In this document: positions 12,801-28,000 of the stretch, piece by piece
Numbering within the stretch: the stretch's first letter is position 1
Layout: each line of letters opens with the position of its first letter
From: Fonticula alba ATCC 38817
Taxonomy: Eukaryota > Protista > Nucleariida
Assembly: GCA_000388065.2 (NCBI GenBank)
Contig: KB932205.1
DNA: 64,000 nt
Strand: one strand, 5' to 3'
Notes under the pieces: model-generated
Databases searched by the model: none
What the model was told of the DNA's origin: nothing
Seen by the model: the letters and a program-made list of their open reading frames with translations, nothing else
Position numbers and translations under genes: made by a program

Positions 12801-14453
12801 GTGGTGGTCGGCTCGCCGCCGGCACCGGTGGCCACCGACGAGTTCGGCCTGCCCGTGGACTTCCTGGATCAGCTGGACGCGGCCCCGGCCTCGGCCCCGG
12901 CCCCGGCCCCGGCCAGCTCGGACTGGGCCGCCACCAATCCCGCTTTGGCGGCTCTGCTCCTTGCCACTCAGCACGCGTCCAGCCATGCGGGCAGCCTGGC
13001 GGCCGGGCTCGGCCGCGGCTCGACGGCCGCCGGTCCGACCGGGTCGGTCAGTTCGCCGCACACGGCGGCCACGCCCCTCTCGCCGGTGGACGATTTGGAC
13101 AGCCTGCTGCAGGAGCTCGAGGCGTCGGGCTCCGGCTCGGGAACCGGCTCGATCGGGTCGGTCGCATCGCCGGGGGGCGCTCTCGTCGCCACGCCGGCCG
13201 CCGGTCAGCAGCATCCTCACCAGCCGTCTGGCACTTCGTCGAGCTCCCTGCAGCCGGTGTTCGCCAACAACGACCCCACGCAGCCGGTGCTCCAGTGTGC
13301 TGCCTGTGCCTATCACATCGAGCTGGAGGAGGAGTACCTCAGCTGGGGCGGCTTCGTTTGGCACACGGACCACTTCACCTGCTCGCACTGTGACTGCTCG
13401 CTCACCGGCAGCCGCTTCTACTTCCACAACCGGCAGCTCTACTGCTCGACGCACTTCGAGGCGCTCTTCAGCTGTGGCAAGTGTGGCGACCCTGTGTCGA
13501 CGGATGTACGTACTCTCTTTGGGGGGGGGGGGGGGGGGGTTCAGCAGCATCGCGTGGCTCTTTGCGTCCCGCCCTCTGTTCTTCCTCTCGCCGGCACCTG
13601 TACTGACTCCTCCTCTCTCTCTCTCCACACACACACACACACACACACACGTGTCTCAGGTCGTCGAGGCTCTTGGCAAGAAGTGGCACGCGAACTGCTT
13701 CTGCTGCACGGATTGTGGCATGGTCCTGTCATCGAACTTCATGGCCGACGAGCACCGGATGCCCTATTGCCGCAACCACTTCCTGCAGTCGCGCGGCATG
13801 ATTTGCCGTGTGTGCACGCAGCTGGTGTCCAGCGACTTCGTTCGCATCGATGGCGCCTACCTTCACACCAGCTGCTTCACTTGCCAGGTGCGCCATACAG
13901 CCTGCAACATCCACGCACACGCACCGGGGTTCACTTGCCTTCCGTGCCCCTGTCTCCTTTCTCCTCCTCTTCCGGATGGGACTGACGCTTTTTCCTTTCC
14001 TCCTTCCTTTCCCGGTCTCTTCCCCGGTCTGCCCCTCCTCCTCCCGGCTCCTGTAGGAATGTGCCTCCTGCCTCTCCGGGAAGGCATATCTCCGGGTCGG
14101 CGACAGCACATACATGTGCGCGGACCATTATGTGTGCTTCTCATGCAAGCATCCCATCTCCGACGGACAGGCCGTCTCGGCACTTGGTGCGTCTGGCTCT
14201 TGGCGCGGGCCGGGTGCCAATTGTGGCCTCCTCTCTACCGCACCGCCGCCACCGACACATGCGCACCTTTCTCCCCTCTGTCTTTGCGATTGCTGACCGC
14301 CACATGATGCGCCCGATCGCCTGCTGTGCTGCCATGTGCGCAGGGAAAAAGTTCCACGTCGATCACTTCAACTGCACTTCCTGCGGGAACACGCTGATCG
14401 ATCAGCAGCTGTATGAGCGCGGTGGCATTCCACTATGCTACTCCTGCTTCTAG
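7402..14453 (+). CDS. C2-C2-RasGAP (GAP1-like) protein with a Ser/Pro-rich linker, LD motif and four C-terminal LIM domains; 11 exons, ~1554 aa
   Basis: Exons 7402-7949, 8052-8302, 8448-8858, 9035-9507, 10405-10675, 10892-11058, 11205-12215, 12441-13505, 13660-13887, 14057-14186, 14344-14453. All introns are GT-AG with consistent phases; total 4665 nt. Two C2 domains (VEVIEAKDL...EPEFNEQF; VSEARDLL...LHVALWDH). RasGAP arginine finger TLFRANSLASK and signature FLRFFCPAILGPKLF. Four CxxC...HxxC/HxxCxxC...CxxH/C LIM repeats. Confidence 0.9.
9826..9868. repeat. ~43-nt poly-G run in the largest RasGAP intron (9508-10404), with poly-C tracts upstream
   Basis: Directly visible homopolymer. Confidence 0.85.
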
Positions 14454-15060
14454 TCATTTTTGGTGCGTCATCCGTCGCCCCGTCATCCGGGAAACGAGAT
14501 GCCTCTTTTTGCCGCGAGGAGCTTCAGATTCTGACGCTGACCCTTGTCTGCGCTTCCGATGGTGGCAACGACCACCACCACCACCACCACCGTACCGCTG
14601 CCACCGCCACCATCCGTGTATAGTTATACCTCAGCGATGTTACTCCCCTCCGATCATCGGGGGACGGGCACGCCTCCGCGCGCTGCCCGCGTGACCCTAC
14701 ACGCCCTGTGAGACTTCCCCGCTGTTAGTTGCCCTTGTGTGTTAATAATGTAGCTGAAATTGCTTCCACAAAGCGTCCTGCATGCTCTCTCTCTCTCCCA
14801 TCATGGTCCCTGCTCCACATATGCATGCTCATACACATGCATGGGATGCTATGGCGATATACAGGGAGCCAGGCGAGGAGAGAACATGAAGGGATACAAA
14901 GAAAGAGGGAGCGAGGGCGTGTGTATGTGTGTGTTTGTTTGTTTGTTTGTTTGGTCTTTTGGAGCTCTATTGCTTGCGGATGTGCCTCCCCCTCCTGGGG
15001 ATACAGGAAGAATGCCAGATCCGGAGGAAGCAGACGGGACAAGAGCCCACGTGCGCCAGA

Positions 15061-17576
15061 TTACCCACTTCCCCACTTCTGGTTCCACTTCAGCAGGGTC
15101 TTGATGTCGTGCACCCAGTCGGTGTTGTTGGCCACCGGTGCCCCGCTGGGGCTGAGCTTTTGTGGAACCAGCGCCGGCAGGGGGAAGGGCGATGCCCGAA
15201 CATGGAGGGTCTCCCGGAAGTCCAGCTTCAAATTGTTCCGCCCGTCGAAGCTGACCTCGGCCGAGGACCGGCTCCCAGCAGCCAGCTGATGAAGGAACAC
15301 GAGGGAGGAAAAGGAAAGGTCAGCATGTGGCCTGGCACGGGCAAGGCCAGTGTTGCAGGAGGCACCCAAAGGAGAGACGCACCCGGAGGGAGATCGAGCA
15401 GTCCGGCGGCAAAACCGCCGGCCGGAAGGACAAGCTGCGCGGGCAAATCGGCGTCAGCAAAAGGCTTCGAACGGAGGGGTGGACCACCGGGCCCCCGGCT
15501 GACAGAGAATAGGCCGTCGACCCTGTCGGTGTGGCGATGATCAGCCTGGACACGTAAGTGGCCATGGGTGGGGGGGGGGGGGGGGGGGGGGGAAGGAGTG
15601 CAAGAAAGAACAAGGCCATCATTTTTTATTCCCATATAAAGTGAGTTGTTCTCTTCCATGTGTGTGTGGTTTTCTGGCGTTGTCCCCCATTCTCGTTGGG
15701 GGAAAAGACAATGTTTGAGGTTCTCCCCCGGGCTCGGGGGGGGGAGGGGGGCAAGACAGAGAGCGGGTGAGCGGGTGAGCGGGTGAGTGAATGGATGGGA
15801 AACAAGAGGGGGGGGGGGGCGGATTGCTTGTCGAAACATTTCGATAATGCTCTCCAGAGTAGCGCAGCAGGAAGACGCCGCAGCATCGGAGACGGGCGGA
15901 ACGCACCCATCGGCGATGGTTTCGGTCATGTACTTGCCGTCGATCATGATGTCCATGAAAGCCGGCGAGGTGTTGTTCCCCCGGTGGAGGGTCGTCTCAT
16001 TGAGAGCATGATACTCTGGGGAGGTGGAGAGAGAGAGAGAAGAAGAGGGGGAGATCAGGGCCGATGGCCACGTAAGATCCACAGGGTTAGACACGGGGGG
16101 GGGGGGGGCAGGAGAGAGCGAGAGAGAGGGCTTCGAGGGAAACAGGCATCACACACGAGAGCCATCTCGCGCAGCGCACCATCCTTCACCTTGCCATCGG
16201 CGTCCACAATGGTACAGTGGAGTCGCATGCGGGGGACGAATGCCACCGGCTCCTCCAGGGCCTGGCGCAGGATCGACCCAAATGAGTCCACTCGGAAGGG
16301 CATCAGGAAGCCCAGGGTCCCCATGCTGAGGGCCATAACCGGCGGGACTGGGCTGCCCTGGAAAAGAGAGGACACATGCAGCAGGGTCCCATCGCCGCCG
16401 ATGGCCACCACCAGGTCCACAACATCCGCCAGCTCCGAGCGGTTGACTGTAAAGGCGTAGCAAAGGAGGGGAGAGGGGGGGGGTGAGTTGGACGCGGACA
16501 AGAGGGGGGGGGCGGGCGGGAGGCGCAGAGCCAGCATCTGGGAAGGCAGGCGGCGGGGACAGAAAGAAAACAAGAGGAAGGCAGGCGCACTGGATGAATA
16601 GCCGATGAGATTGGGTGGCAGGGTGGGCGAGGCCGACTGGGTGGGCTGCTGGCCCGGGGTCCCGGGCTGCGGGGACCCTGTGGCCGGGTGACCCACATCG
16701 GCATAGTCATCATCCGGCACCGGATAGCAGGCCGAGGCCAGGGCCGACGCCGGCGTCAGCATGCGACGATACTCCTCCAACATATGATCCTCGACGATGA
16801 TGTTGAACCGGGGGCTGGCCCCGGGCCCGGAGGCGGCCAACGGATGGTTATCATCCGCCGCCCCGGGCAGGCTGGTAGATAGGGCCCCCAGGAGCCCGGA
16901 GGCCGGGTGGTGTGGCACGCCGGATGACTGATCCAGCAGCTCGGCGATGCGGACATTCAACGAGGGGGACATGCCGTGTGTGACCGGGCCTCCGGCGGAC
17001 AGCTCCGACACGCGCAGCAGATCGCGCACAATGCGTGAGAAGGCCCGCGTGACGGAAATATCCCCCTTCTTGGCGATGAGGAGGATATTCCGCGGCGGGG
17101 TCGACCACTTGAGGGAGAAAAGGCTGTGTGGCGGAGGCAGCACCAGGAGCGGGGGAGGGGGGGGAGGGGCCGAGCGGAAGGGTAAGTCGGACAGACCAGC
17201 CAAGGGCGCGAGGGTGCCGGAGGCGTGGGGGCGGTACGCACTTGGAGACCGACCGCGAAAGGATCTGCCCATTGACGTCATCAATGTGCTCGGAGCAAAT
17301 GGGGCCGCCCTCGAGGCGTGCGCCGGATGGCAAGTTCATACCACAGCCGGTCAGGTTCAGGGGTGTGGCGAGGCTGGCGGGCCCGGGCTGCACGCTGGCC
17401 TCCTGGCCGGCGGCCGTGGCGGCCGCCGAGTCGAAGGTCAACGGGTCGGGGGCCTGGCTGAGGGGGTTCGCCGGAATTGGGCCAACTGGCTGGCCCACCT
17501 GCGAGATCAGCCGCAAAGGCACCCGCCGGGGAAGGTGGGCGAACCGCGAGTAGACACGCTGCGCGACGGAACTCAT
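15061..17576 (-). CDS. NADK: NAD(H) kinase, probably mitochondrial (POS5-like); 6 exons, ~543 aa
   Basis: Exons 17576-17242, 17123-16591, 16446-16180, 16015-15907, 15545-15383, 15285-15061 (1632 nt, in frame). Motifs [55 protein letters not shown]. The N-terminus [25 protein letters not shown] is Arg-rich and acid-free. Confidence 0.93.
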
Positions 17577-19381
17577 GGCAGTCCGGACATCTGGGGGGGG
17601 GTGCAGGGGAAAGGGCAGGGGAGGGGCGCGGATGGNNNNNNNNNNNNNNNNNNNNNNNNNNNNNNNNNNNNNNNNNNNNNNNNNNNNNNNNNNNNNNNNN
17701 NNNNNNNNNNNNNNNNNNNNNNNNNNNNNNNNNNNNNNNNNNNNNNNNNNNNNNNNNNNNNNNNNNNNNNNNNNNNNNNNNNNNNNNNNNNNNNNNNNNN
17801 NNNNNNNNNNNNNNNNNNNNNNNNNNNNNNNNNNNNNNNNNNNNNNNNNNNNNNNNNNNNNNNNNNNNNNNNNNNNNNNNNNNNNNNNNNNNNNNNNNNN
17901 NNNNNNNNNNNNNNNNNNNNNNNNNNNNNNNNNNNNNNNNNNNNNNNNNNNNNNNNNNNNNNNNNNNNNNNNNNNNNNNNGGGGGGGAACCACACCTTCG
18001 GTGTTTGTGTGCCATGTTTGGGACCGTTCTCTCGGGACGAAACTCAGGCGCGGCCCGGGCGTAGGCCAAGGGGTGGGGGCATATTCACGCGGCAACCGGT
18101 GAATGGGGCACGCGGAGTGCGCGGCGCCATCGGCGCATGTCGGCCCTCCCGTTCCCCCCCCCCCCCCTCCCCCTCTGAGGGCAATAAGGCGGGAGGCGCG
18201 GACCCATCTCCCCGGCTGCAAGGAGAAGACGCCCTCTCGAGATCTCATCCGACATGGAAGAGGCAACAGGCGGCCGGCCTGCCCCAGCCCGCCCGTCGGG
18301 GCCCGGGGAGGCCGGCGGGCCGGGGAACCGCCCTGGTAGTGGGCGTTTTCTGTCCCCCCCCCCCCCACCCTCAGGGGCGCGAATGTCCGCGTGCGCGGGC
18401 CCCCGATACGCTTTTTGTGCGCCCCTCTGCACGCAAGGGCAGGCGCGTGGGGGACCACCCGCCCCACGGCACGCACCGAAGTAAAGACGCCACAATAGCG
18501 CGACCTGACCCCCATGTGTGACACTGATCCATCCGAGGTTCGTGCCCGCGCGCGCATACACTCGCACAGACATGGAGGCCGGATACGCACGCGGGGAGAG
18601 ACACCCCGGCCTGGGGCCAGCCGGCGGCAATCCATACTGCCAATGATTCATGTCTTAGTTCATCGGCATCTGATCCGCCATGTCATGTTATCGATCACTT
18701 GACTATGTGGCGGTTTAGGACTTGCCCTGGCGGGACCATGACCCCTGAAATGCACGCACATCATTTGGACAACGGGCCCTTAGGGTGGTCTGGCGGCGAT
18801 GTGTGCGTCGCCCGGCGGCGGGGGGGGGGGGGGGGGGAGGGGGGCGCGAGTGGCTGGCTGCTGTGTGCCCGAGTGACATGGCCGGTGATGTGCGTGTGTT
18901 GACCACCAGGACATGCTCTCTCTTTGGCCCACAGCTCCCCGCTGCCCCTCTTGCCCTGGAGGAAGCCCGCCCACACAGCCGGGCCAGGCCCCTTTCGGCA
19001 CCCGGCATTGGGGGGCGGGGGGGGGAGCGAGGGACACAACACTTGGCCCGCGGCTGGTGACTCAGTCATTCTCGCGGGGCAAGGACACTCCCATGCGCGG
19101 AACGTGGTAGACCGCGCCACCCGAATGGGCCCCGACGTCGCTCCCCCCCCCCCCCCGTCAACGGAGAGACTGAGCGAAAGAGGCAGGGAGAGTGAGAGAA
19201 CGAGACACACACATACACGGACCGAGGGAAGATGGGCCCTCTTCCTCTCACGCCCAAAATGGCTCTTCATATGTGTTGGTATCACTCCAAATAATGGTCT
19301 ATTATTGACACATACGAGAGAAAGATGGGGCGAGAGGGAAGGGGGACAGGCGTGCCAGCCTCTTCGGAGTTTCCCCCTTCA

Positions 19382-22000
<2,619 letters not shown>

Positions 22001-25000
22001 TGTGGGAAGGGTGGGGGGGGGGGGGGCGCTGCTCGTCGCCCTGCTTCGGGGCATCATCCGCTGCCCTCGACAGGAGGGAGCCCCCGAGGGAGGGGGTGGG
22101 GTGGGGGGTGGGGGGGGGGGGGGGGGGGAGAAAAATGAAGCCTCAAATTCTGGCGGAGGGAAGAGGCGCATACGGGGGAAAGAGCACGACGGAAGGGGCG
22201 TAGGGGAGGGGCACGGCGGGGCGTGGGTGGGTGTGTCAGCAAACACCAAAGGGGACAGGAGGGGGAGGGGCAAGAGACGGACAGAGAGGGAGAGGGAGAG
22301 GGAGACAAGGGGGGGGGCAGAGGATGACGGGGGGAACGAACCGCCAAAACAAAAGAGAACAAAAAGCTTGATAGCCAACCCCGCTTCGTCGGTGCCAAAA
22401 GCACCACTCATGTACTTGAATGAACGCCTTGGCGCGTGCGTGCGCGAGCGCGCCCGGGCCCCACGGCAGGAAAGAAAGAAAGAGAGAGGGGGCAGCGGGC
22501 AGGGACGGAAGAAAGCGACCACAGGCGAAGGGAGAACGCACGGGCCCACGCCCCGTCGGGGCCTCCCTCCGTGTTCCCCTCCGCCGCCCCCTCACACCGC
22601 CCCGTCCCCCGGGGGGGGGGAGTGCGAGGGGACAAGGGGCGCGGCCTCCCCTGAGAGTACCACACCACTACGCCCATGCACACCGCAGCCCACGGCCTGC
22701 ATTCCTTCCCCGTCACAGAAACCGGGGACCGTCTACGCACGGGTCCCCCACTGGACCCTTGCCCCGCCCCGCTCCGCCCCGGGACAGGGGGGGCCGGGCG
22801 GCGAGAGAGAGGACAGAAGACGGACAGCCCTCTGCCGCCCGCCGCGGCGCTCTGCGAGGCCGCCCCCCCCCCCTCGCCCGCCCCGCCGCGCCCCCCAGCC
22901 GCTACGACTGGGGTGGCAGACTTGCGCCCCCCTTCCCTGCCCCCCCTCCCCCCCCGCGTCCCCTCGCTCCCCGGCCAGGCATGAAAAAGGGGGACGACAA
23001 ATGGGGCGAGCGGGGGCTGGCGTGCCTGCGCCCCCGTCCCCGCCGGGGGAGGGGGGGGGGCGGGGGGCGAGGCGCAGAGACAGGAGACCAACGTCCTGCA
23101 CTGCCCAGGAGGGGCCCCCCCGGGGGGGGGGGAGGGGGGCAGGGAGCAGGAGAGGCTCNNNNNNNNNNNNNNNNNNNNNNNNNNNNNNNNNNNNNNNNNN
23201 NNNNNNNNNNNNNNNNNNNNNNNNNNNNNNNNNNNNNNNNNNNNNNNNNNNNNNNNNNNNNNNNNNNNNNNNNNNNNNNNNNNNNNNNNNNNNNNNNNNN
23301 NNNNNNNNNNNNNNNNNNNNNNNNNNNNNNNNNNNNNNNNNNNNNNNNNNNNNNNNNNNNNNNNNNNNNNNNNNNNNNNNNNNNNNNNNNNNNNNNNNNN
23401 NNNNNNNNNNNNNNNNNNNNNNNNNNNNNNNNNNNNNNNNNNNNNNNNNNNNNNNNNNNNNNNNNNNNNNNNNNNNNNNNNNNNNNNNNNNNNNNNNNNN
23501 NNNNNNNNNNNNNNNNNNNNNNNNNNNNNNNNNNNNNNNNNNNNNNNNNNNNNNNNNNNNNNNNNNNNNNNNNNNNNNNNNNNNNNNNNNNNNNNNNNNN
23601 NNNNNNNNNNNNNNNNNNNNNNNNNNNNNNNNNNNNNNNNNNNNNNNNNNNNNNNNNNNNNNNNNNNNNNNNCCCCCCGCCCCCCAGCCCTCCCCCAGGG
23701 TGCTCTCTAGCCTGGGGCCCCCGTGTCTGGGCCGCCCAAAGTGCGGACGTGTACTCTCCCCCCTCCACCCAGTTCCCCGAGGGAGGGGATGAGGGGCGTG
23801 AGCCCCTCTCGGGAAATAAATAGCGCGCAACGGGGGCTCTTCCGAGCGGCGCGCTGTGGCCAGAGGGAGCGGGAGCGGGAGACGGCAGTCAGCAAGTTGC
23901 CGAGGCGGCGCGGGTGGATAGTCACGCGCCCCGGCTCGCATACCGGCGGCCAGCGGGGGGAAGCCCCCAGGGCGGAGGCCCGGCCTGTGGGGCTGCCGCC
24001 CGCGGCCCCGCACGAAGACCAGCCAAGAGGCCCTGTGAGTGTGCGCAATGTTCCTGGCCGAGGGCTCGAGGGGAGAGGGAGAGAGCGCGGGAGGCCGGCG
24101 TCGAAGGGAGGCGGGCCGAGCCCCGGGGGCTGGCCGAAAGAAAATCTCGCCGGCGCCGCATAACGGCTCTCGGGCAACTCCGCCGGGTGCCCAAGCATGT
24201 CTGTCTACCTTGCCCCCTCTCGCGCGCAAGTCGACCAGCCGCGGGCGCCGGAAAGCCGGCCAGGGACACGAGGCATATCCGGGTCCTGACCAATCGCATG
24301 CGTCCGGCCAGGCCGGGCGTTCGGGGGACGTTCTGAGGTAGCAGGCCCTGCGCGTGCGCGCGTCTGTGCGCCGTGCGTGGGCTCTCCATCTGTGCATTAG
24401 TAAAAATGCATGATCGGAGACGCTAGAGTGCTGGGGGGGGGGTGACGCCCTGGTGCGCGCGCGCACCAGGCGCAATGGCGCGAGGCGGAGAAGGCCCGCT
24501 GGACAAGTAGCGCTCCCCCGCCGCCTGGCCTCCCTCTTTCTGCGCGCTAGACGCGCGCGCGCGCGGGGGCGGGGGGGGCAGGAGGGGGGAGGGGGGCAGT
24601 CGGCGCCCAGGGATGTGGGCCGAAAATGATGAGAAAAATGCCCCCCCACCCAATAGGCCAGCCTGGGAAGACTGCCGGGGCTCCTAGCCGGGCTCCGTCG
24701 CCCCCCCCCCCCCCCCCCACCCCTTGCCCCCCCGGGGTTGGTTCTTCGCCGCGCGCGCACGGCCGTCTCCGTGGGACGCGCCGCGCGCCCACGCCGCATG
24801 CACGCACGCACGACGCCTTCGGCGAGAGGACGAGCGCAGGCGACCAGGAGCCTGAGACACATGCGCAGGGGCCGGGGGAGACGGGCCGGCGGACGCGGTG
24901 CGTGCAGGGGACGAGGCTCTCAAATATTCTAGACCGGCCCCGCAGCGCACATTCCACCGTGCGCGGGTGAAATTCCGCCGAATATCTGCGCACGGACGGT

Positions 25001-28000
25001 CCCCGGTCGCCCCGGGTGAGTGCGTCCCACCCGCCCCGCCCCGCCCCGCCCCGCCCCCCCAGTGCGTCCCCGTCCCCTGCACCCCGTTTCCACCGCCGCG
25101 CTCGGGCCGGCCCTGTCGCCCCGACCCTGGCACCGCCCGCGCGAAGGCCCCGCAGGAGTTAATATCATCGGCGAGCTGGCCCCCACACGCCCCGGGCGCG
25201 CTGCCAGGGGGGCGCTGCCCCGAGTTTCGTCCGCCGATCGCCGGCGCGCCCGGGCAGGCTCCGCGCCGCCGCCGGTGCGCCCTCCGGCAGACTCGGCGGC
25301 TCCCGGTTGGCCGGCCGCCGCGGTGCCTCCCCCGTCAGATGCGCCACAGGGGAGCGGCCAGGGGGCGGGGACCGGCAGACAGGCGAAGGTGTAACGGCCA
25401 CCGCGCGAACGCCCCTACGCCCGCGGCAGGGCACGCACCCGTGCCAGCACCGGTGCCCCCGTGTGGGGCCGGGGGGGCGCAAGGGCCGGGCACGCATTGG
25501 CAGGATTTCCCGGAACAAACACGCCCGGCCGGGGGGGGGGGGGGGTGTCACCGAAGAAGGCGGCGGGCGCGTGCGGCGAGCGCGCGCGCGCGCAGCGGGC
25601 CTTTGTTTGCGCCCTGACACACCTGCCCCCAGGCCCGGGAGCCCGAGCCCGCCAGCGTGAGGGGCCCCGCCCGTCAGGGCGCGCGCGCCCCCCGCCCCTC
25701 TTGACCAGGCTCCCCGGGCCGGGATTCCGAGGGAGGGGGAGCATCCCCACATGCGAGGGGGAAGGGCATATGCACACGGGCAGGACCCTGCCCAGTGCGG
25801 TCGTCCAGCTGGCCGCGCCGCGCGAGGGGGCGCGGCCTTTTGCATCAAGCCGCCCGACGCCCCGGCGCCCGGGGGAAAGGCGCCGGGGCAAGGCAGCAGC
25901 CGGCCGGCCCGGGGGGGGGGGGGGGCTGCCCGCCTGCCTCGCGAGCGGGTAGACGCGCCTGGCAGCAGGACGCGGCACCGGCGCAGGCTGGCCAGCCAGG
26001 AAGGAGGCCGGCCAAAACAAAGCCCCCCCCCCCGCCCCCGCCCCTCCCCGGCACTATCTCGCACGGAGGCGCGCGCTCTGGGGCTCTTTCGGCCGGGCCG
26101 ACTCTGACTGAAGCGCGTGAAGTCGCGCGCCAGACCGATCGGACTGACGAACATGTCCGGCACGCGCGCTCGCCGCAACATGCACTCGCGCGCGGCCGGG
26201 GGTGCCTGGCCGGCCTGGCTGGCAAAATAACAACCACGACGCTACAAGGGTGGGCCCGGGGGGNNNNNNNNNNNNNNNNNNNNNNNNNNNNNNNNNNNNN
26301 NNNNNNNNNNNNNNNNNNNNNNNNNNNNNNNNNNNNNNNNNNNNNNNNNNNNNNNNNNNNNNNNNNNNNNNNNNNNNNNNNNNNNNNNNNNNNNNNNNNN
26401 NNNGGGGGGGGTGCCCCTCGGGCCGGCCTCTCGCAGGGCCCACGGACCGCCCGAAAAGGGCCATACTCCGCGCCCCTTCCCCGGCGAACAGGCGCCCGCC
26501 TCCACCGTGCCCAGACCCCGCCTCCTGGCGCCTCGCGCGCGCCCGCACGGTTCCCCCCCCCCCCGCTCCGGGACAGGCGAGCAGAGCGCGCCATCCCGAG
26601 CCAGACAAGTCAACTGACACATGCACGCACATGCACCCCCGCACCCTGGGGGCGACCCGCCGCGGCGGTGTGCCCCCCGCCAACTGGGCCGCGAGCCGGG
26701 CCGGGGGGGGAGGGGGGGACGGGACCAGACCACATACGCCACATCACCCGCCGCCAGACACGGCCGCACGACCTGGCCCCTGGAACTGGGCACCGGGGAG
26801 GAGGAAACAGCTGGCTACACCCGGGGCCGGGACCGGCGGGCGGGGCAACGACGACCGTATCAGGGCGGGTCGGGCTTCTCCCCGCCCCCGACCCCTTCTC
26901 CCCCGGCGGACGCTCCACCCGCGCCCCAGGCAACTCGGAGGCCAGCCCCTCGCCGGGCACCCGAGCGCCCGCGGACCGCGCACGGGGTCCTCCGGGGACC
27001 TCTTCCAGGCGGGGGGGGGGGGGGACGCCCAAAAACAGGCGTCGTCGCGGCTCCCCCTTCCGGAGACTTGCGCGGCTGACCGCCGCGCACACGAAGAAGA
27101 AGCTCTCCCGGCCCTGCGAACGTAAACACACCGACCAAGGGGCGACTTCCGCCCCCCCCCCCCGCCCCCTATCCACCGGGGGAAGTGTTCGCACGTGCGC
27201 GCGCGCTGCGGGGGCATCGCAGCCACGAACACACCCCAGCCCGCCGACACTCTGGTGGAAAAAATACAACCTGCGCCCCCGCGTCAGGCCTCCGGTCTCG
27301 CCCCCCCCCCCCCCCCAGCACGGCCCGCCTCCTCCCTCCCAAGAGCCATCATGTCCCGGTCCGCCAGAAGGAGAGGGCTGCTTGACAACGCTGCCGCGGG
27401 ACGTTCGACCGGCTCGGCAGCAACGGCTGCCCCCCCCCCCCCCGGAGGTCGTGTATGTTTCCCCATGTGGGCGCGGGTCGCCGGAGGCCCGGCGGGGACG
27501 CGCGCGCGGGGCCATTGGCGGGCGCACCCGACCAGCCCGCGGCTGCTACCAGGTCGGACGGCTCCAGGGGAACTGCACGCCGGATATGCGTGCGCGAGCG
27601 CGCACACCCACACGCACACGAGAATAAACCGGCTCGCTCCCACAGTCACATGCACAGCCCCACACCCGCGTAGCCGTGTACAACACAGGGCACAACCGAG
27701 GCCCCCCCCCCCCCCCAGGGTGACGTCCCCTCTCAAGGGCCTGCCCCCCTCCCTTGCGGAGTGACAGCAAGTGGAGCACATCTCGCCTGGGGATGCGCCC
27801 GCCCATTTCCCCCCCCCCCGACCCCGCCTCCTGTGGGAGAACACAAACGAAGGAGGGAGAGAGAGGGAGGTAGGGAATGGCACGGAGAGCCCGTCCTCCT
27901 CCCCCCCCCCCTTGACCACAGGGAAGGGAACCCAGCGACGCAGCATGAGCCTCCTCCCGCACAAACCTCCCCGAGGTCGGCGGGATCCAAAAGCACGCAC

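Noticed and set aside
22386-22420. GTCGGTGC-CAAAA-GCACC hairpin superficially like the tracrRNA/sgRNA 3' stem
   Set aside because: Only a 5-bp stem, with no anti-repeat, nuclease gene or array nearby; most likely chance or a 14-3-3 5'-UTR element.
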